A model generated the notes under the pieces. That model was given only the letters and a program-made list of their open reading frames with translations, did no database searches and was not told the origin of the DNA. DNA of 63,147 nucleotides, filler included, from Choristocarpus tenellus KU-1152 (taxonomy: Eukaryota; Protista; Phaeophyceae), in NCBI GenBank assembly GCA_964200185.2. It is 11 parts of 11 records of this genome, joined end to end, with 100 filler letters (N's around TTAATTAATTAA, not from the genome) between each part and the next. Parts side by side here need not be neighbours in the genome. Positions count along the whole stretch, not along the records: positions 10,056 to 15,644 come from CAXNAD020010325.1; positions 15,745 to 20,017 come from CAXNAD020015353.1; positions 20,118 to 23,540 come from CAXNAD020020138.1; positions 23,641 to 28,091 come from CAXNAD020014491.1; 7 more parts are not named here. One strand, given 5' to 3'. The translations under genes and the position numbers were made by a program. This document shows positions 13,301 through 26,635 of the stretch, one piece after another (position 1 is the stretch's first letter; each line of letters starts with the position of its first letter).

Positions 13301-14990
13301 GCTCATTTTATGGTATATTGTTTTTATTGCTATATTGTTTTTACTGCCTCTTGCGGCTACTACTTGTAGCACCTTTGGCATGGTGGAAAAAACCCCCTGC
13401 CGTTTTGAGAAATATGATGACATGATGATGTCAAGAGAGTTGTGGATTGTTGCATTGTAAAAACTGACTGAATCGATTTGTTGCTCCCCTAAGACCTAGG
13501 GTGTATGATTTGTATCAAGTATATGCTTTCTTTGGATGCATCCGCAAAGTTTTTCTCCTGCTCTGGGATGCTTGTTTGGCCTTGTTGACGTGGATATTTA
13601 GCATGCATTGCCTTGCCTGCCCGTCCTGACTATTGAGCCAAAACACACATCATGGTGTTGAAAGGGGCTTGTTGTAGGCTGAAATGGAATGAGGTTGGAA
13701 ATGAAGTCCCAAATTATGGGGGTACCTGCTACTTTAGGTTCAATCCAGTGAACTGTTGGGCTGGTCTTGTGAACCTAATGTTTGTGTAAGAGAGCTCTCC
13801 TCATAACATTGAAGTCATCCTCATGCATCGTTTCCTAGCAAAAACTCTTGTTGTCACAGGGGATGTGTGGTCTCAACACGACAAACCCATATTTGATATT
13901 TGATGTAGAAAAAACACTGATTGCACCTTACTCAAAACACAGGCCATCTGATAATTTGTTGCAGATCCTGAAGGCAGTATTAGAACACGGCTCTGATAGT
14001 GTAACTGAACTCCTGTTTTTTTTAAGAGAAATATTTTGATGTGCTGGGCTCTTCAGGGTGATATTTGAAGGAGGTGGAACTGGTGATTGAAAGGCACATC
14101 TAAATACCTGCCCCCTTTCCTAGGGTTAGTGTTAGTGTTGGTGCTGGATTATGCAACTTTTATGAGTACAGTAGTTATCAGGAAAGTTTTGAAAAGCTGA
14201 GTTTGAGGGGCCAAATTGACTGCCTTGTGTTCTATGTATTTTGAACACTGTGGAGGGTGCTTTCAGGTAACAATGTGCTCACAACTAATCTTTTGCAATT
14301 TAGGAATGGGCACGGTGTATGATGCCCAAGGTTGTAGAAGATTTTCAAATTGAAAAGGGCCAAAATCAAACCTTGCCTTTGATAGTTTCACCCCTTTGTG
14401 GCATATCGTTGGTATATATGTAACGACCATCATCACAAGCTTCCTTCCCGCCTTTGTTGTTTGCTTCGGTTCCACATTCAACACTCCACTTCAATTTTTT
14501 GAAGAGACCATCAGAGGGCGCTTTAATCACCACCAGAGGGACAGGAAGAGGATTCGACGGGCCAAAAAGGTGAAAAATGTAATGCCAGGATTGCTGCTTT
14601 CACCAATGGAAGAGTGTGTATTGTGCATTGAGCGAATAGGATGCCTTTGCTTTGTTTCTATTCCTACCTCCTACTATTTGACATCATTCACAGCAGTGTA
14701 GATGTGGTGAAGTTTGTGCACACATTCCACAGAGGTGCATTTTCCATTCACAAGCATGTTGAACACGATTGTTCAGTATACGCAATCAGTGGACGCAGCA
14801 CCTATACCCTTACGAGACTTTTCTGTGATCCATGTGTAACAAACAACATTGCACCAGATAAGGTGTACCATTTCAGCCCCCCCACAGTTGTAAAAAAGTT
14901 GACTCAATGTCACATACTATGTTTATGCAACATTAGTGGAATAAAGACTGCGCTCGAACACAATGTACTACTCAACCTAGGCTTGTGTTC

Positions 14991-15035
<45 letters not shown>

Positions 15036-15644
15036 TAAAACATGCACACCACAGCACACTGTATGAAGTATTTGTAAATACACTTATCAGCATAAGTAGG
15101 GAATAGAATGTAAGGGATTGTATACAGCACATGAGCACAGTTTGTTCTGGTAAACGTATTATAGTTCATGTATAGATGTATTACAGTCCGATGCACTCCA
15201 TCCAACTCACATTGTTGTGCCACAATGTAACACAATGCACACAGATGATCAGGGCTCTCTTGGAACACCTGAAAGAAAGCATGCTGGGTCGTGTGGACGG
15301 CAATGCAGGCTTTGTACTTGATGATGATGAGAGCGCCAATGCTAACCCCCAAAATGAAGGCAATGTTGATGGCATGGAATTGAACGGGGAAGAAACTGGT
15401 TGCAGGGATGACGGTAGCATTGATGGCAACGATGGAAATGATGGCTCTGGTAGTGACCATCATGACAGTGATGGCCACAGTGGCGGTGATAGAAACGAAC
15501 CCAGACGTAGTGATGGTGATGGTAGGAGCCGGGGAGGGACCAAGAGGAAACTGGATGCTGAGTTCTTGGCTAATGAAGGGGTAGTGGGGCAGGAAGGGGT
15601 GGGGGACAAGGAGATGGTTGATGGGGTCTGTGTAGTTGGTGGTG
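10355..15644 (+). CDS. Internal exons of an uncharacterised protein with an acidic/Gly-rich region
   Basis: AG/GT-bounded, phase-compatible exons 10355-10427 (AYVCEDDMIEQYQANAAWEVLPYR), 12333-12422 (SFNPSPKVERELEMLIKTMYHKSFIDLVDK) and 15245 onward (MIRALLEHLKESMLG...DDDE...GTKRK). Confidence 0.55.
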
Positions 15645-15744
15645 NNNNNNNNNNNNNNNNNNNNNNNNNNNNNNNNNNNNNNNNNNNNTTAATTAATTAA
15701 NNNNNNNNNNNNNNNNNNNNNNNNNNNNNNNNNNNNNNNNNNNN
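15645..15744. other. Artificial contig linker
   Basis: N44-TTAATTAATTAA-N44. Confidence 0.98.
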
Positions 15745-15774
15745 GTAAGTTAGCGCATTCTATACCACATTCAC

Positions 15775-18700
15775 CTCGATCTGGTAGCCGAAGTCCGTCG
15801 CCACCGTCTTCGCAACGAAAATGGTCGCCTCATCGCGTCTCATCGCCTTTCCCTGAGGATAGACGGCCTCAGCAAAACATCGCTGCGTCTCCGTTGGGAC
15901 GAGGGTCTGCCCCAAGGCTTCCGGCAGGCAGGAAGGGCCTATCACGCGTTCTTGAGTGAGAGACGTGGATACCTGCAGTACCATGTGCGTATATGTGATA
16001 GCCCAACAATGTGGCAGTGAAGTGGGTTAGCCATGCGATAAGGTTTTGTCACATATGTATGGGTTATTCCGGCGTTAGTTAAAGATGTTGTAGTGTACTG
16101 CAGCACGTTTTTGTTTTTTGTTCGTGTGGGGAAGGAGGACATTATGACGTACCGATGATCACGTCAAACTCTTGGGGACTTGCGATTTCCAGCGGTGGTG
16201 TGGGTAACTGCGTGCACTCTGTTGGCAACGTGTAAACATCTACAAGGAAACATCACCAGCACAATTGCACACCCGAGACCTATACATAGGGAACGAAACA
16301 GACAACAAGTTGGAAAGCAATGGAAAAAATAATCCAGCACATCCTTCTTACCTTCCAATTGCCATCCTTGTAGGCTTGGCCGAACGAGGTCTCCATCTTC
16401 TCTTTCACCTCGTCCTTTGACGCCGCGTTGTACACGAACACCTCCACCCTCCTGCTCCGTTCAAGGGCCGCCTCCACCACATTGTGCCTCTCTGCGCTGT
16501 AGGAGACGACTGTGTCCCCAGCATTCGTGTACCTATCATAGGAGGGCAGTTCGTAAATTAGCTCTAACGTGATATATTGTATTGTGCACGGATTCATCAT
16601 TTCGCAATGTATGAGTAACGTTCCGATACAGGGCAACACACTCTTGGTGCGTTTTGATGCTTAACGTGCCGATTCGGGAAAGAAACTCGTGGGATGGATT
16701 GACGCCCCTGAACCGTCACTCAGCTCGTTCTGTTACTGTTTAACGATGTCCTACACCTATACAAAAAAAAATGCTGCTTCTGTGAAGAAGGACGTGTGTG
16801 ACGTTATTAACGAACCTGTTAACGAGGAAGTGGAGGGCCCTCATGGGGATGTCCGAGGCAGCACCTTCGTATTCGACGTTCAACATGGTTTGGAGTACCG
16901 GAGGAGATGCATCACGCCCGTGGCCAAAGATGTCGTCGACGATGACTCGCTTATTGCATGTGAACATTGTCCCATCGTTGTGCGCGAGAAGAATCATGTC
17001 CTGACAACACCTGAGATGGTTATCTGTGCCTAATTGAGGGCGCCCCCCCCTCCTCGTCTTGTATATTAGGGTTAGGGGATGATCCTCCACAATCAAGTCC
17101 ACCTTTGACGCAGTAAGAGCCTCTGAATGAAGAGAAGGCGGGAGCGAGCGCGTGGGTCCGACATGCGTCAAACTTGACAGTGACATCACACAAGTAGTTA
17201 TTGTAGGGATTCATGAAATCTCATACCACTAACATTATAATAGTACAATGAGCGTGGAACGCAAGGCAAATAACCAATGCAATAATTGCAAACAATAATA
17301 GGAAATTAAGTAATAATCGAAGTAAATATGGCAAAAACAATGTAGTGAAGACGAGTAACGCCAGCATGCGATTCGCGGATAATGAAACAAAGAAGTATGT
17401 AGTTGCAAGTGAAAAAAAAAGCAAGCGACACAAAAGGAAGTAGAAGGTACGAAGGATATGAAACAACATGGGGAAAGTGAAAAAGGAATACACACAACCT
17501 AATCCGCATCGCCTGAACAGTCACAAAATATTCGATCGGCACACGGATGGACTGATAACGGCCATCTGGATCGATCGGTCTCCCGCAATATACCCCGTAT
17601 TCCAGCACTTACGAACTGTGCAACTCACCGTGTAGGCGGTGTGCTTGCGCGGCCCACAGGTGGGGCACAATGAGCGCGATGGTGCCCTGAGAGTGCATCT
17701 TAGGCCGCAAGCACTGAAGCATCTCGCGCTGGTGTGTGTTGGTCGCCTCTTCGTCGATGAGGAGTCTTGGCTCGGCGGCAATGGACACTATTGCGAGCTT
17801 TGGCGCGTTGCGGAAGGCGAAATCACCAAGTTTGTCTAAGGATACTGTGGGGTCGAGAGGGCGAAGGTCGTGTAGTGCAGTGTTCTCACTCCTGCTTGGA
17901 CATCATGACACACGATACAGTAGACAGACAGCACGACAAGAAGGACGGCATAGTAAGCTACAGTGCAGGAAAAATCTTTTCTTTAAGTAAGTTCCTGACA
18001 ATATTTCCACGGCATCTTCAAAATGTCAGGCCGTACCCTCCACAACGCCAGACTCATCAGATACATCTCGTGGGTTAGAGGGGTAGACATTAAAACACTG
18101 AGTTCCATGGCCCATGGAACCCTTAAAAAAAGTGACACATTCAAGGTACAAAGGACGAGCAATCCACATGATGTACAAGCAGCCAAGACCTATGTGCAAA
18201 CCAACGCAAAATCAAACACGCAGAGACGACTTGTGTGTCCGTATAATGTGCAACCACGCCGAGACCCACATGCACTTCTCCATGTCGACTGTTTCGCTGC
18301 GTGAGGGGGGACGTAAAAGGCTTTGCGTCGTGGGTGACCCTCCCGCACTCCTTGCGCAAGCCTTATCCTTGCCCTTGCCCCTGCCCCGACCCGCCGCTTC
18401 GTTCCCCACCAATCCAAACCCTTCACTGCCCTCCTGTGCCACGGGGCAATTGATACATAATCGATCCTTGTGCCTCTCGTCGCCTACAATCTCCACGTAG
18501 GCACATTCGCCCATATGCGTGATAGAGCACTTTGGGCATGTATACCTGTCACGCGTGTCATTGAACGAGAGCGTTAAACAGACAGGATAGTATTTTTCGA
18601 AATCATTAATTGGGTGCAACAATGCAACGCGGGGATCCACGGTTATGAAGGACCACGAAATTGGCGGCGCAAAACAGCATGAAGTAGTACAGGTGAGATA

Positions 18701-19258
18701 AAACAGTCGGTGATGTACATGCATTAAAACACAATCGGACAGTGGCAAATAAAGAGACGTGGGGGTAGCGACCGCAGTGCCGTACACAGAGGGACCCTGC
18801 AACATTCCACTGGTTCAATGGCATGCACCGCTGAAAAGATACAACATATCTATCCGTTCGGGGGATTGGATGGAAACCAATCTTACGCTATTAATTACAC
18901 TCCGCCCTGCACGTGCACCATTACAACTACATTACTCACCGAGACGTAGGTGGAGGATTGCATTCAGTACTGCAAACGCCCGCATTCCACCCTCCCTCTT
19001 CGTTTTGTCCTTCTTCCGCACCAGGAACACTGCCGACAGAACCACTTTCGCCCGTATCCTCCCTGTCTGGCAGTCCGTTCCCTCCCTCGTCTTCGTCCCC
19101 TCCTTGGTGTTCGTCCCCTCCCTCGTCTTCTTTCTCACGGTCATCTGATGCCGATCCGTTCTTGCTCTCAACCTCTGCACCGCCGCCATCACAATCCCGC
19201 CCGCTGTGAACCTGGTGGAGGTTGACCTGGTTGAGTACATCCTGGTATTTACCATCCC
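15775..19258 (-). CDS. Multi-exon orphan gene: acidic region, degenerate PHD/RING-like finger, unknown globular domain
   Basis: Coding-like exons with splice signals at about 19258-18940 (D/E/G-rich), 18650-18260 (PVC...CPKC..HMGEC...LCINC), 17845-17628, 17000-16864, 16532-16352 and 15972-15775. Exon joins not fully resolved. Confidence 0.55.
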
Positions 19259-19545
19259 AGGTGGTGAGGTAAGCGCGTAGAGCCGAGTCCTTCTCGATAA
19301 TCTAGTAGTGGAGACGATGGAGGACGTCGTTGAGGAGAGGAGGGGACGATGGTGACGTCGAAAATGGGAGAGTGTGATGGAAGTACGATAGCATGTCAAT
19401 CGGGCAGAGCAAACGATATGGTTGACGTGGTGAACGTGTTTCATGGAGGCGGCTTGCGGGGCGAAATAGTTTGAAACAAACAAGTCAATGTCGAGAACGC
19501 CAATCAATATGTAGTTTTTTTCAGTGACGCGTATTGGAGGCAGAA

Positions 19546-19805
19546 GAGTCAAAGTATCTTAGAGGGTAGAGCCTCGTCCAATTGGGGGCCAAAAGACAAT
19601 GTTGTGATTTTGATGTAATTTTGGCTATGGTGTTTGTTAGGAAGTGTCAACATCTATGTTTCGGACACACCTTTCATAACGTACACATTTTACCTACTCC
19701 GAAACATTTTGGAGTCAGAAAATGTCACAAGAAAACCCATGGGAAGCCAATCCCCACAAATGGACAAACAGGGAAAATTTCCTACCCTCTAAGATAGTTT
19801 CACTC
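19546..19805. mobile_element. MITE family A, complete, 4-bp TSD AGAA
   Basis: TIR GAGTCAAAGTATCTTAGAGGGTAG / CTACCCTCTAAGATAGTTTCACTC. Confidence 0.93.
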
Positions 19806-19947
19806 AGAAATGAGGTGGAGATTGACCAAGATCGTTGTCTACAGTTGAAGAAAACGATTTGTTATTCCCGCTATTAGCAACGAAAGACTAGAACTGACAA
19901 AACAGCAAAGTTTGTAGTATGGAAGGCAACCCTGTCGCCAATGATGA

Positions 19948-20017
19948 GGGTCAAAGTATCTGAGGGGGGGGTGTCGGCGTCGGATTTTCACCCTTTTTTC
20001 GATTATCACTTTTTTGG
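19948..20017. mobile_element. MITE family C, truncated by contig end
   Basis: Starts GGGTCAAAGTATCTGAGGGGGG, like 59000. Confidence 0.75.
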
Positions 20018-20117
20018 NNNNNNNNNNNNNNNNNNNNNNNNNNNNNNNNNNNNNNNNNNNNTTAATTAATTAANNNNNNNNNNNNNNNNNNNNNNNNNNN
20101 NNNNNNNNNNNNNNNNN
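20018..20117. other. Artificial contig linker
   Basis: N44-TTAATTAATTAA-N44. Confidence 0.98.
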
Positions 20118-21819
20118 GAGGAATGAAGGGGTAGAGGAAAATGGTGTTTTGTGTTTGATGAGGGGAAGGGAGGGGGGGGTATAAGAGAGGTAAAAGAGTA
20201 AGTTTGTCGTGATTGATATTTATGTCCTCCTGACATGGCATGAAGCCGGTCTTCGGCTGATGAGTTTTGGGATTGGTGTGGAGATATGATTTGAAGGAAG
20301 GGGAGGAGGAGGAGGAGGAGTGTGCACATGTGTATTGCGTACGACATTCAATGAGTGTGTCTTTAGAGTTGACCTCGAGTTAATTAAGATACATTGTTAT
20401 TATTATTATTTTTGTTATTTTTGTGTTGGGGTGTTCAAGGAAGGGGGAATGGTCTTTTCAGCACCTCTTTGTGGTGGTGTTTTGAGGAGGATGGGAGAGG
20501 GGAGTCTGTGCATCATCTGCCGCGGATGTGTTGATGTATTATAGACAATGATTTTTGCAACTGGTATTGATAGTGCTAGAGCAAAGACTCGACAATTAAT
20601 TCTGCGTACTGAAGAGTACATTGGTAGTGTCTTCCTCACCCTTGCATGTGTTCAGAGATACTCGGGGATTGTACTTGGGTTGCATGGTGATTCGTGAAGC
20701 ACCTGTTACAAACTAATATGTTGATGGTAGAAGACTGGACATTGGAGGGGTCTGTCCAGCCTTTGTTGATTTGTTTACCATATATATTAAAAAGAAAATG
20801 CAGTACATTGCAGCGTCCTTGAGATCTTTGAGTGTAGTAGTGGTTTGATATGTCGAAGACTAGCGCAAGTTGTGGGAGATGTATTGTTGTATACGTATGT
20901 AGCCTTTGTTGTAGTTATGTCTGGTCTATTCATGATGAAAAGATGAAACATGTTTTGGTCCTTGGTCGAGGTACTCTAGAGTGTGTGTAGTTCTTAAATG
21001 ACTAGTTGTACTATTGGATTGCGGTTCATAAGTAAGCAAATGGTGTTTGTTAACCCATTTTATTGTTTTGTGTTCATGTGATTGCACTTACTTCTTGAAC
21101 ATTTTCTAATATCAAAGGACTGGTCCCGACTATGTTACCGTCTTCACAACAAGAAGGTGCATGCTGAGGGTTATAGTACTGTTGCTGTAGTAACTTATGC
21201 TATTGATACCCTTTTTTTTATTTAAGGGCTTGCGAAGACTGTATACTTCATTGATTGATACCACTGAAATATTGTGGTGTTTGTTGCCAAAGCTAATGTA
21301 ATGCTAGAGGTAGAGTAAGAGGCGTGCACCACTATGTTCAAGAAGGATGCGTGGGTAGCTCGGATTCAAAGTCATGGTATTTGTGTGTGTGTGTGTGTGT
21401 GTGTGTTGGGGGGGGAGGTTGGACCAAAGAACAGTAAAGATGGTGGTCCATTACTGGATGTACTACTGAGTTCTTTTCTGAGGTATGTACTGTGTGTGTA
21501 GTTAGCTTGTATTTTTCTATTTTTCTTTTACATGATAAGTGTAAGTATTATATACCAAGTCATGTAATGAAAAAATCAGTATGGTGGGTATCCACGTCAG
21601 TTGTGTGTGTGGAATTTGGAGGCAACCAACCAGATGGAAGGAGAGATGGGTGCTAGCACACCAAAATTGAACTTTAACACAAATAGGTAGCGGGTAGAGA
21701 CTATTGATACCATGTAAGCTTCTTGATGTGCGGCATGTTGAAAGCTTGGTGCCTTGTCAGGATAATTGCTGTTCATTAATAGAGATGTTTTGGTTTCCTA
21801 GATATTGAGTATGAACATG

Positions 21820-23405
21820 GTACCTGAGGAGCATCACCACCAGCACTGCTACTGACTGTGACATAAAATCTATTATGTCGGATTAAGATACGTCCTACTA
21901 TGTAGTAGTTAAAACGTACTATATAATAAATAAATACAACCTTTGTTGTATCGATCATTTTATGAGTATTTGTGGACTGGAAGAACTTCCCCAACATAAT
22001 AGGTGTCAATACACAATACAGCAACAAGACAAACAGGTACTCAGTTTGCAGATACCAAGTTGTTTCTTGGTGAAGGCTGGGGAAGGGAAGAAGTAATTGT
22101 GGAGTGTTAATGAAGAGTGTTAATGAAGTATGCCTCACGCACTAAAGTTGGGTAGCTCAACGCGTAGTGCGAAATCTGAGGCAAGAAACAAGTGGGGAAT
22201 CGAGTCTGGCCCAAAAAGGCGGAAATTCACCCAGAGGTTGGGGGGTTTCAGGCTGTTGCGAAGAAAGGCCAGCCAAACGCACAAAGGGAAGCTTTGATCT
22301 CGTGTGCATTCTCTCCAACTTTTTGAGATGGATTGGTATTTTATCCTGCCACCTTCAAAAGGGTAGGGGGTGCAGAAGAGTCGTCTTAGATGTCCTGGAG
22401 TAATGTCTGTTTTGGGCCTCCTCCTTGTTGTAGAGCTACAGAGACACACCTCTAGAGCTCGCCCTGCACACTTTAACTTAATTGTACTATGAGACTATTT
22501 TAGTGAGCCGATCATTGAACCAACCCCCTTGCTATTCTACTCTGTGCTACACTGTTGACACTAACATACTATTTGTGGTAAATTTGCCCCCCAATGGACG
22601 CACCAAACAAGGCTATCACAGTTACGTGTGCTTCTAAGGAGTCAATACGATCGTATATTAATGAGGAGTGTCAGGAAAAAAACAAATTTGTTTAAAAGAA
22701 AATACATACTGAACACTCATACTGCATACCAAAGAGGGTACCGCAATACCTTCCTTTCTTTTGTCAGCACAGATCCAACGACGCATAGGAAGGCATGTCA
22801 TCCATAGCATCTCAGCCAGGATGAGCAACGGAAAATGGAACAGATTGTGGGAAATTCTCCATCTGGTGACCCCATTCCCCCCTCACCCTACACACACACC
22901 TGTGTACGATTGCACACTACAATCCCCACAGGTACAGAGCATGTGCCTACTACGGGTGCCTACCTAATCAGAAAGCCGAAGCTCACTGCTAACACTTGGG
23001 GGGTGGTCATCTGAACTGGAGCACAAAATACCTACAAAACCAGTTTGCGACTAAACCAACATGTGAAAGGGGATAGTAGAATCCCATGATAAGACTTCAT
23101 AATTGTTGAGGTAGACAACAATGCCTACTCCTGCGTGTTTAGCCAAACCTTGGTATCCAATCAGAATGAGGACCACACCAAACACAAGGCCAAAAAAGAA
23201 GATGGAAGTAAACTTGAACAAACAAAAGATCCCTAGCAAAAGCTCGATCTTTCTGCCCCACATGTAGGTGCCAACAGCAATGATACCCCTCACTCATATC
23301 AAGCGAACAGAACAATCTTTCGTCTTCACCCCCACTCTCCCTCATCTCGCATGCACTAATCATGTAAGGCATGATGGGGTCAAAAGCGACTGATGTCTCT
23401 TCCAA
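21820..23405 (-). CDS. Possible exons of a multi-pass membrane protein
   Basis: Hydrophobic stop-free segments ([31 protein letters not shown]; [25 protein letters not shown]; [17 protein letters not shown]; [10 protein letters not shown]), some with AG/GT edges. No family recognised. Confidence 0.35.
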
Positions 23406-23540
23406 AAGCCCAGGCCTTGAACCAATGCATGGGGATAAGGATCTTGTTGGCTATGCTGAGTGAAAGTTGTAGGCAGAGACAACAAGTCCCATGAATGTGC
23501 AGGGGCAGTGAGTTGGAGGTTGGGGGTTGGGGGGAAGGGG

Positions 23541-23640
23541 NNNNNNNNNNNNNNNNNNNNNNNNNNNNNNNNNNNNNNNNNNNNTTAATTAATTAANNNN
23601 NNNNNNNNNNNNNNNNNNNNNNNNNNNNNNNNNNNNNNNN
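23541..23640. other. Artificial contig linker
   Basis: N44-TTAATTAATTAA-N44. Confidence 0.98.
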
Positions 23641-24698
23641 TGCTCTGCAGTCTCTGCCGCCTCAGGAAAGCAGGAAGAGAGTGGCGATTCCATCACCAGG
23701 TGGTACAGTGACGAAGTCTGTGGGGAAGCCTGGTCATGGTGGGCGAAGGGAGAACCGGGGCGGCCACCCGAAGGGAAGGTTGGGGAGGAGAGCAGCGCGA
23801 CTGCGTGCCATTGCGCTCAGGAAATGCCTAAGCAAAATCCGGGTGTAGAATATCTTAGTAGTCAACAGTTTCAGCAGGGCCTGGCTGTTTGGAAGCTGTG
23901 CGAGCCGGAGTGACTTAAGGAAACGAGAAATAAGGTGTTAGGGTTGGGCTACAAGGACTCTGAAGCCCGAAAGAAGGTTGAGAGGGCTCGCAAGGCGGAG
24001 GAGAAAGCGATCGTAACAAAGGCAGCTGTGTAGACCTTTTGATACCACCAAATCCCTTACTTAGAAGAGGTCGCGAAGCAGGTAGAGGTAGCCATCGACG
24101 AGGATGCCAGGGAAAAAGAGGAGGTGAGATTGAGGCTATTTGCAAACCAATGGTTTGGTGTCTCCCACTTCTTGCAAGATGCCATGCATTCATTTTTGTT
24201 CCTGGACTTAGGGTTGGACGTACAAAGTTGATTAAGGCTTTCTCCCAGCCTGCATTCATTTGCGAAATCAACACAATTCTCGATTAACTCAAGCCTGTCC
24301 TCCCTCGCCCTGCACCTTGATGATAAAGTATCACCTCCCAGGAAACACGGACGACGCCCATTTCTGGCTCTCAATGTGGAAACGTGATAGTAAAGGCTCT
24401 AACACGGCGAATTCTGTACCTGTGTATGAACGACGGGAAAGACCATCAAACGGTGCTCGAGATGACAGCAGGATATGCGATGGTCAGGTCGGAAACTGTG
24501 AGTAAATGGGAGAGAGGCTTCCTAACTAAGGGACAAATCAAGGTGTCGGAGCAAGGGCACCACGAGAGGCATTTCGTTCTGGGCGTCAACGAGGGCATCC
24601 TTGCCGAGGTCAAAGAGTGGGTTCGCGCACACACAGGAAGAAAGGGTGGGGAGACGTTTTCCCCACGTAAACCCTATGCTTTAATCATCAAGTACTAG
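23641..24698 (+). pseudogene. N-terminal HTH region of a decayed IS630/Tc1-like DDE transposase
   Basis: HGGRRENRGGHPKG basic motif, then ETVSKWERGFLTKGQIKVSEQGHHERHFVLGVNEGILAEVKEWVRAH, which resembles the HTH/linker of large eukaryotic IS630-type transposases; stops and frameshifts present. Confidence 0.55.
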
Positions 24699-26326
24699 TG
24701 TATGTGTTGCCACTCTTGGTGACCTACAATCCCGGGCTCGAACCCTAATATGAGCGCTCATTGTTCAAAAAAAGAAAAAAATGGCGAAAAAAACATGAAG
24801 CCCGTTCTCTGAAGGGCCTTGTGACGGGCATCACGAATGCGCTTTTATTTATTTAATCCGATGTCTATATCAAACGTTATGACTGGACAACCCTAGTAGT
24901 ATCACTATAGCAGTCTTTTGTCTCTCAGTACTGTGTAGTACAGTACGGTACATACAGTGTATCACATCAAGTTTAGACGACTGCACAGTACATATATAAC
25001 GATGCCCTGCGCAGCGGGATCCAGCTGCAACACACAGGGGTAATACTCTTGGTCCGCCACACTATACATGCCATAAGTGCCTCGTTTGTAGCAGCCATCT
25101 TCGCTGCATTTGCAGAGTTGTGGATCATTTACAAGTTGAAGAAGGACGGCAACAACCATCATAGAGAAAGTGCAGACACTGAAGTCTGTCGCCAAGTCTA
25201 CGAGGTGTGCCAAACAAGTCGAGGTGTGTCAGGTGTTGAAAAGAAAACCCAGGGCTGGTGATATAGGACGAGGAGGGCTAGAACAAGACAACCTCCGAGC
25301 AAGCTTTCCTGAAGATATTTGCGCGCTTGGAAAGAGACAACCTCTAAGCAAACTTGCCCACTTGAGTTTAGCATGGCAGAAGGAGGAGAGAGAGCGATCG
25401 AAGAAAACAAGGGCAATGTGGGAAGATTTCATTGGAAGGATAGACAGGGAAAAGGAGTGAGGCAGAAAGAAAGACATGTGAAGAATGGAGGAAACAAAAA
25501 GAGTCTAAGGGAGATGAAGAAAAGAGGGAAAGGCTAGCAGCGGAAATAATGCATGAGGAGATTGAGCAACCCAGGAGAGAATTGTACATCCGCGTCGAGG
25601 ATGAGGATGAGAAGAAAGGAGATGGGGATGAGGAGGTAGAAGGAAATAGCAGGGGAGAAAGTGAGTCCAGGCAATTCCAGACACTGTCGAAAGACGTAGC
25701 CAAAGTAACGGAAAGGATGGATAACATGGCGGAAATATTAAAAGGGTTACATCAGACAAATACAACAGGACGATTTGGTATGAACAGAGAGATGGGAGGG
25801 GAGGAGAGTGCTGAAATATTCGACACTGGACCCGCGGTTAAGATGATCAATCGTGTACCTTGGTAGAGGACAATAAGTAGCTTGGTGTGAATATATAATG
25901 TCAGTGTTACAAGGGGCTTGTAGTCTTAATCCCACTGACTGAACTTGTGGGGTGAGACAGGTGTAGACTACCATGTGGGATTTGCAACGTCCACATGAAT
26001 AATCAGAAAATAATACTATCATTGTATCATATATACGTTGGGTAGAGCTCAACTGAAACATATGGAAACACATATCTGGCTCCACCCTTTCCTAATCTCC
26101 TCCACTGGTGGTGGCTATAGTGCATCAGCAGCACTATCCACGGACACTCTCCCTTGCTGCGCAGACACTATAAATCCCTCAAAATCTACTTCTCCAAAAC
26201 TAGATAATTTTTTTACTAGCTTTCTCAAAAACGTTAGAGATACACCCTAACATCCATGTTCATGTTGGGTCTGTGTAGGTTCATTGAAATTATTCATCAA
26301 TCTACTACCGTTCTATTGCAGTCTTT

Positions 26327-26507
26327 GGCTCAAAGTATCTGGGGGGGGGGGTGACGGCTGTCTATTTGGGACCAATTTTTTTATTTCACAATCTCTGTGT
26401 GATTCGGTTGCTTACGTCAGATGGATAATGTGAGTGCACTTTTCCTGATTTGGGGTCAAATGGACAACCTGGTGTAGACCCCCCCCCCCCTCCAGATACT
26501 TTGGGTC
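26327..26507. mobile_element. MITE family B, complete, 4-bp TSD CTTT
   Basis: TIR GGCTCAAAGTATCTGG / CCAGATACTTTGGGTC. Confidence 0.92.
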
Positions 26508-26635
26508 CTTTGTGAAAACATTATTGGGTCCTTTCTCCTGTAGATCCTTGACAGTACCATGTTGCATCTCCTACAATCAACGAAATCCCCCTAGTATATC
26601 ACTACATTAAAATCATTGGAAAACAGTAGCTACCA

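Noticed and set aside
12800-14700. Possible retroelement relic in an intron
   Set aside because: No diagnostic RT or endonuclease motif could be read.
18932-19552. 206-aa ORF with TREGT repeats
   Set aside because: Probably a shadow frame; an alternate D/E/G-rich frame on the same strand looks more like the real exon.
24715-24760. B-box-like GGTTCGAGCCC on the minus strand
   Set aside because: No A-box or tRNA fold.
15745-25900. Fanzor/TnpB or endogenous giant-virus cassette
   Set aside because: No RuvC motifs (DPG, E...S..C) and no intronless viral-type gene array were seen.
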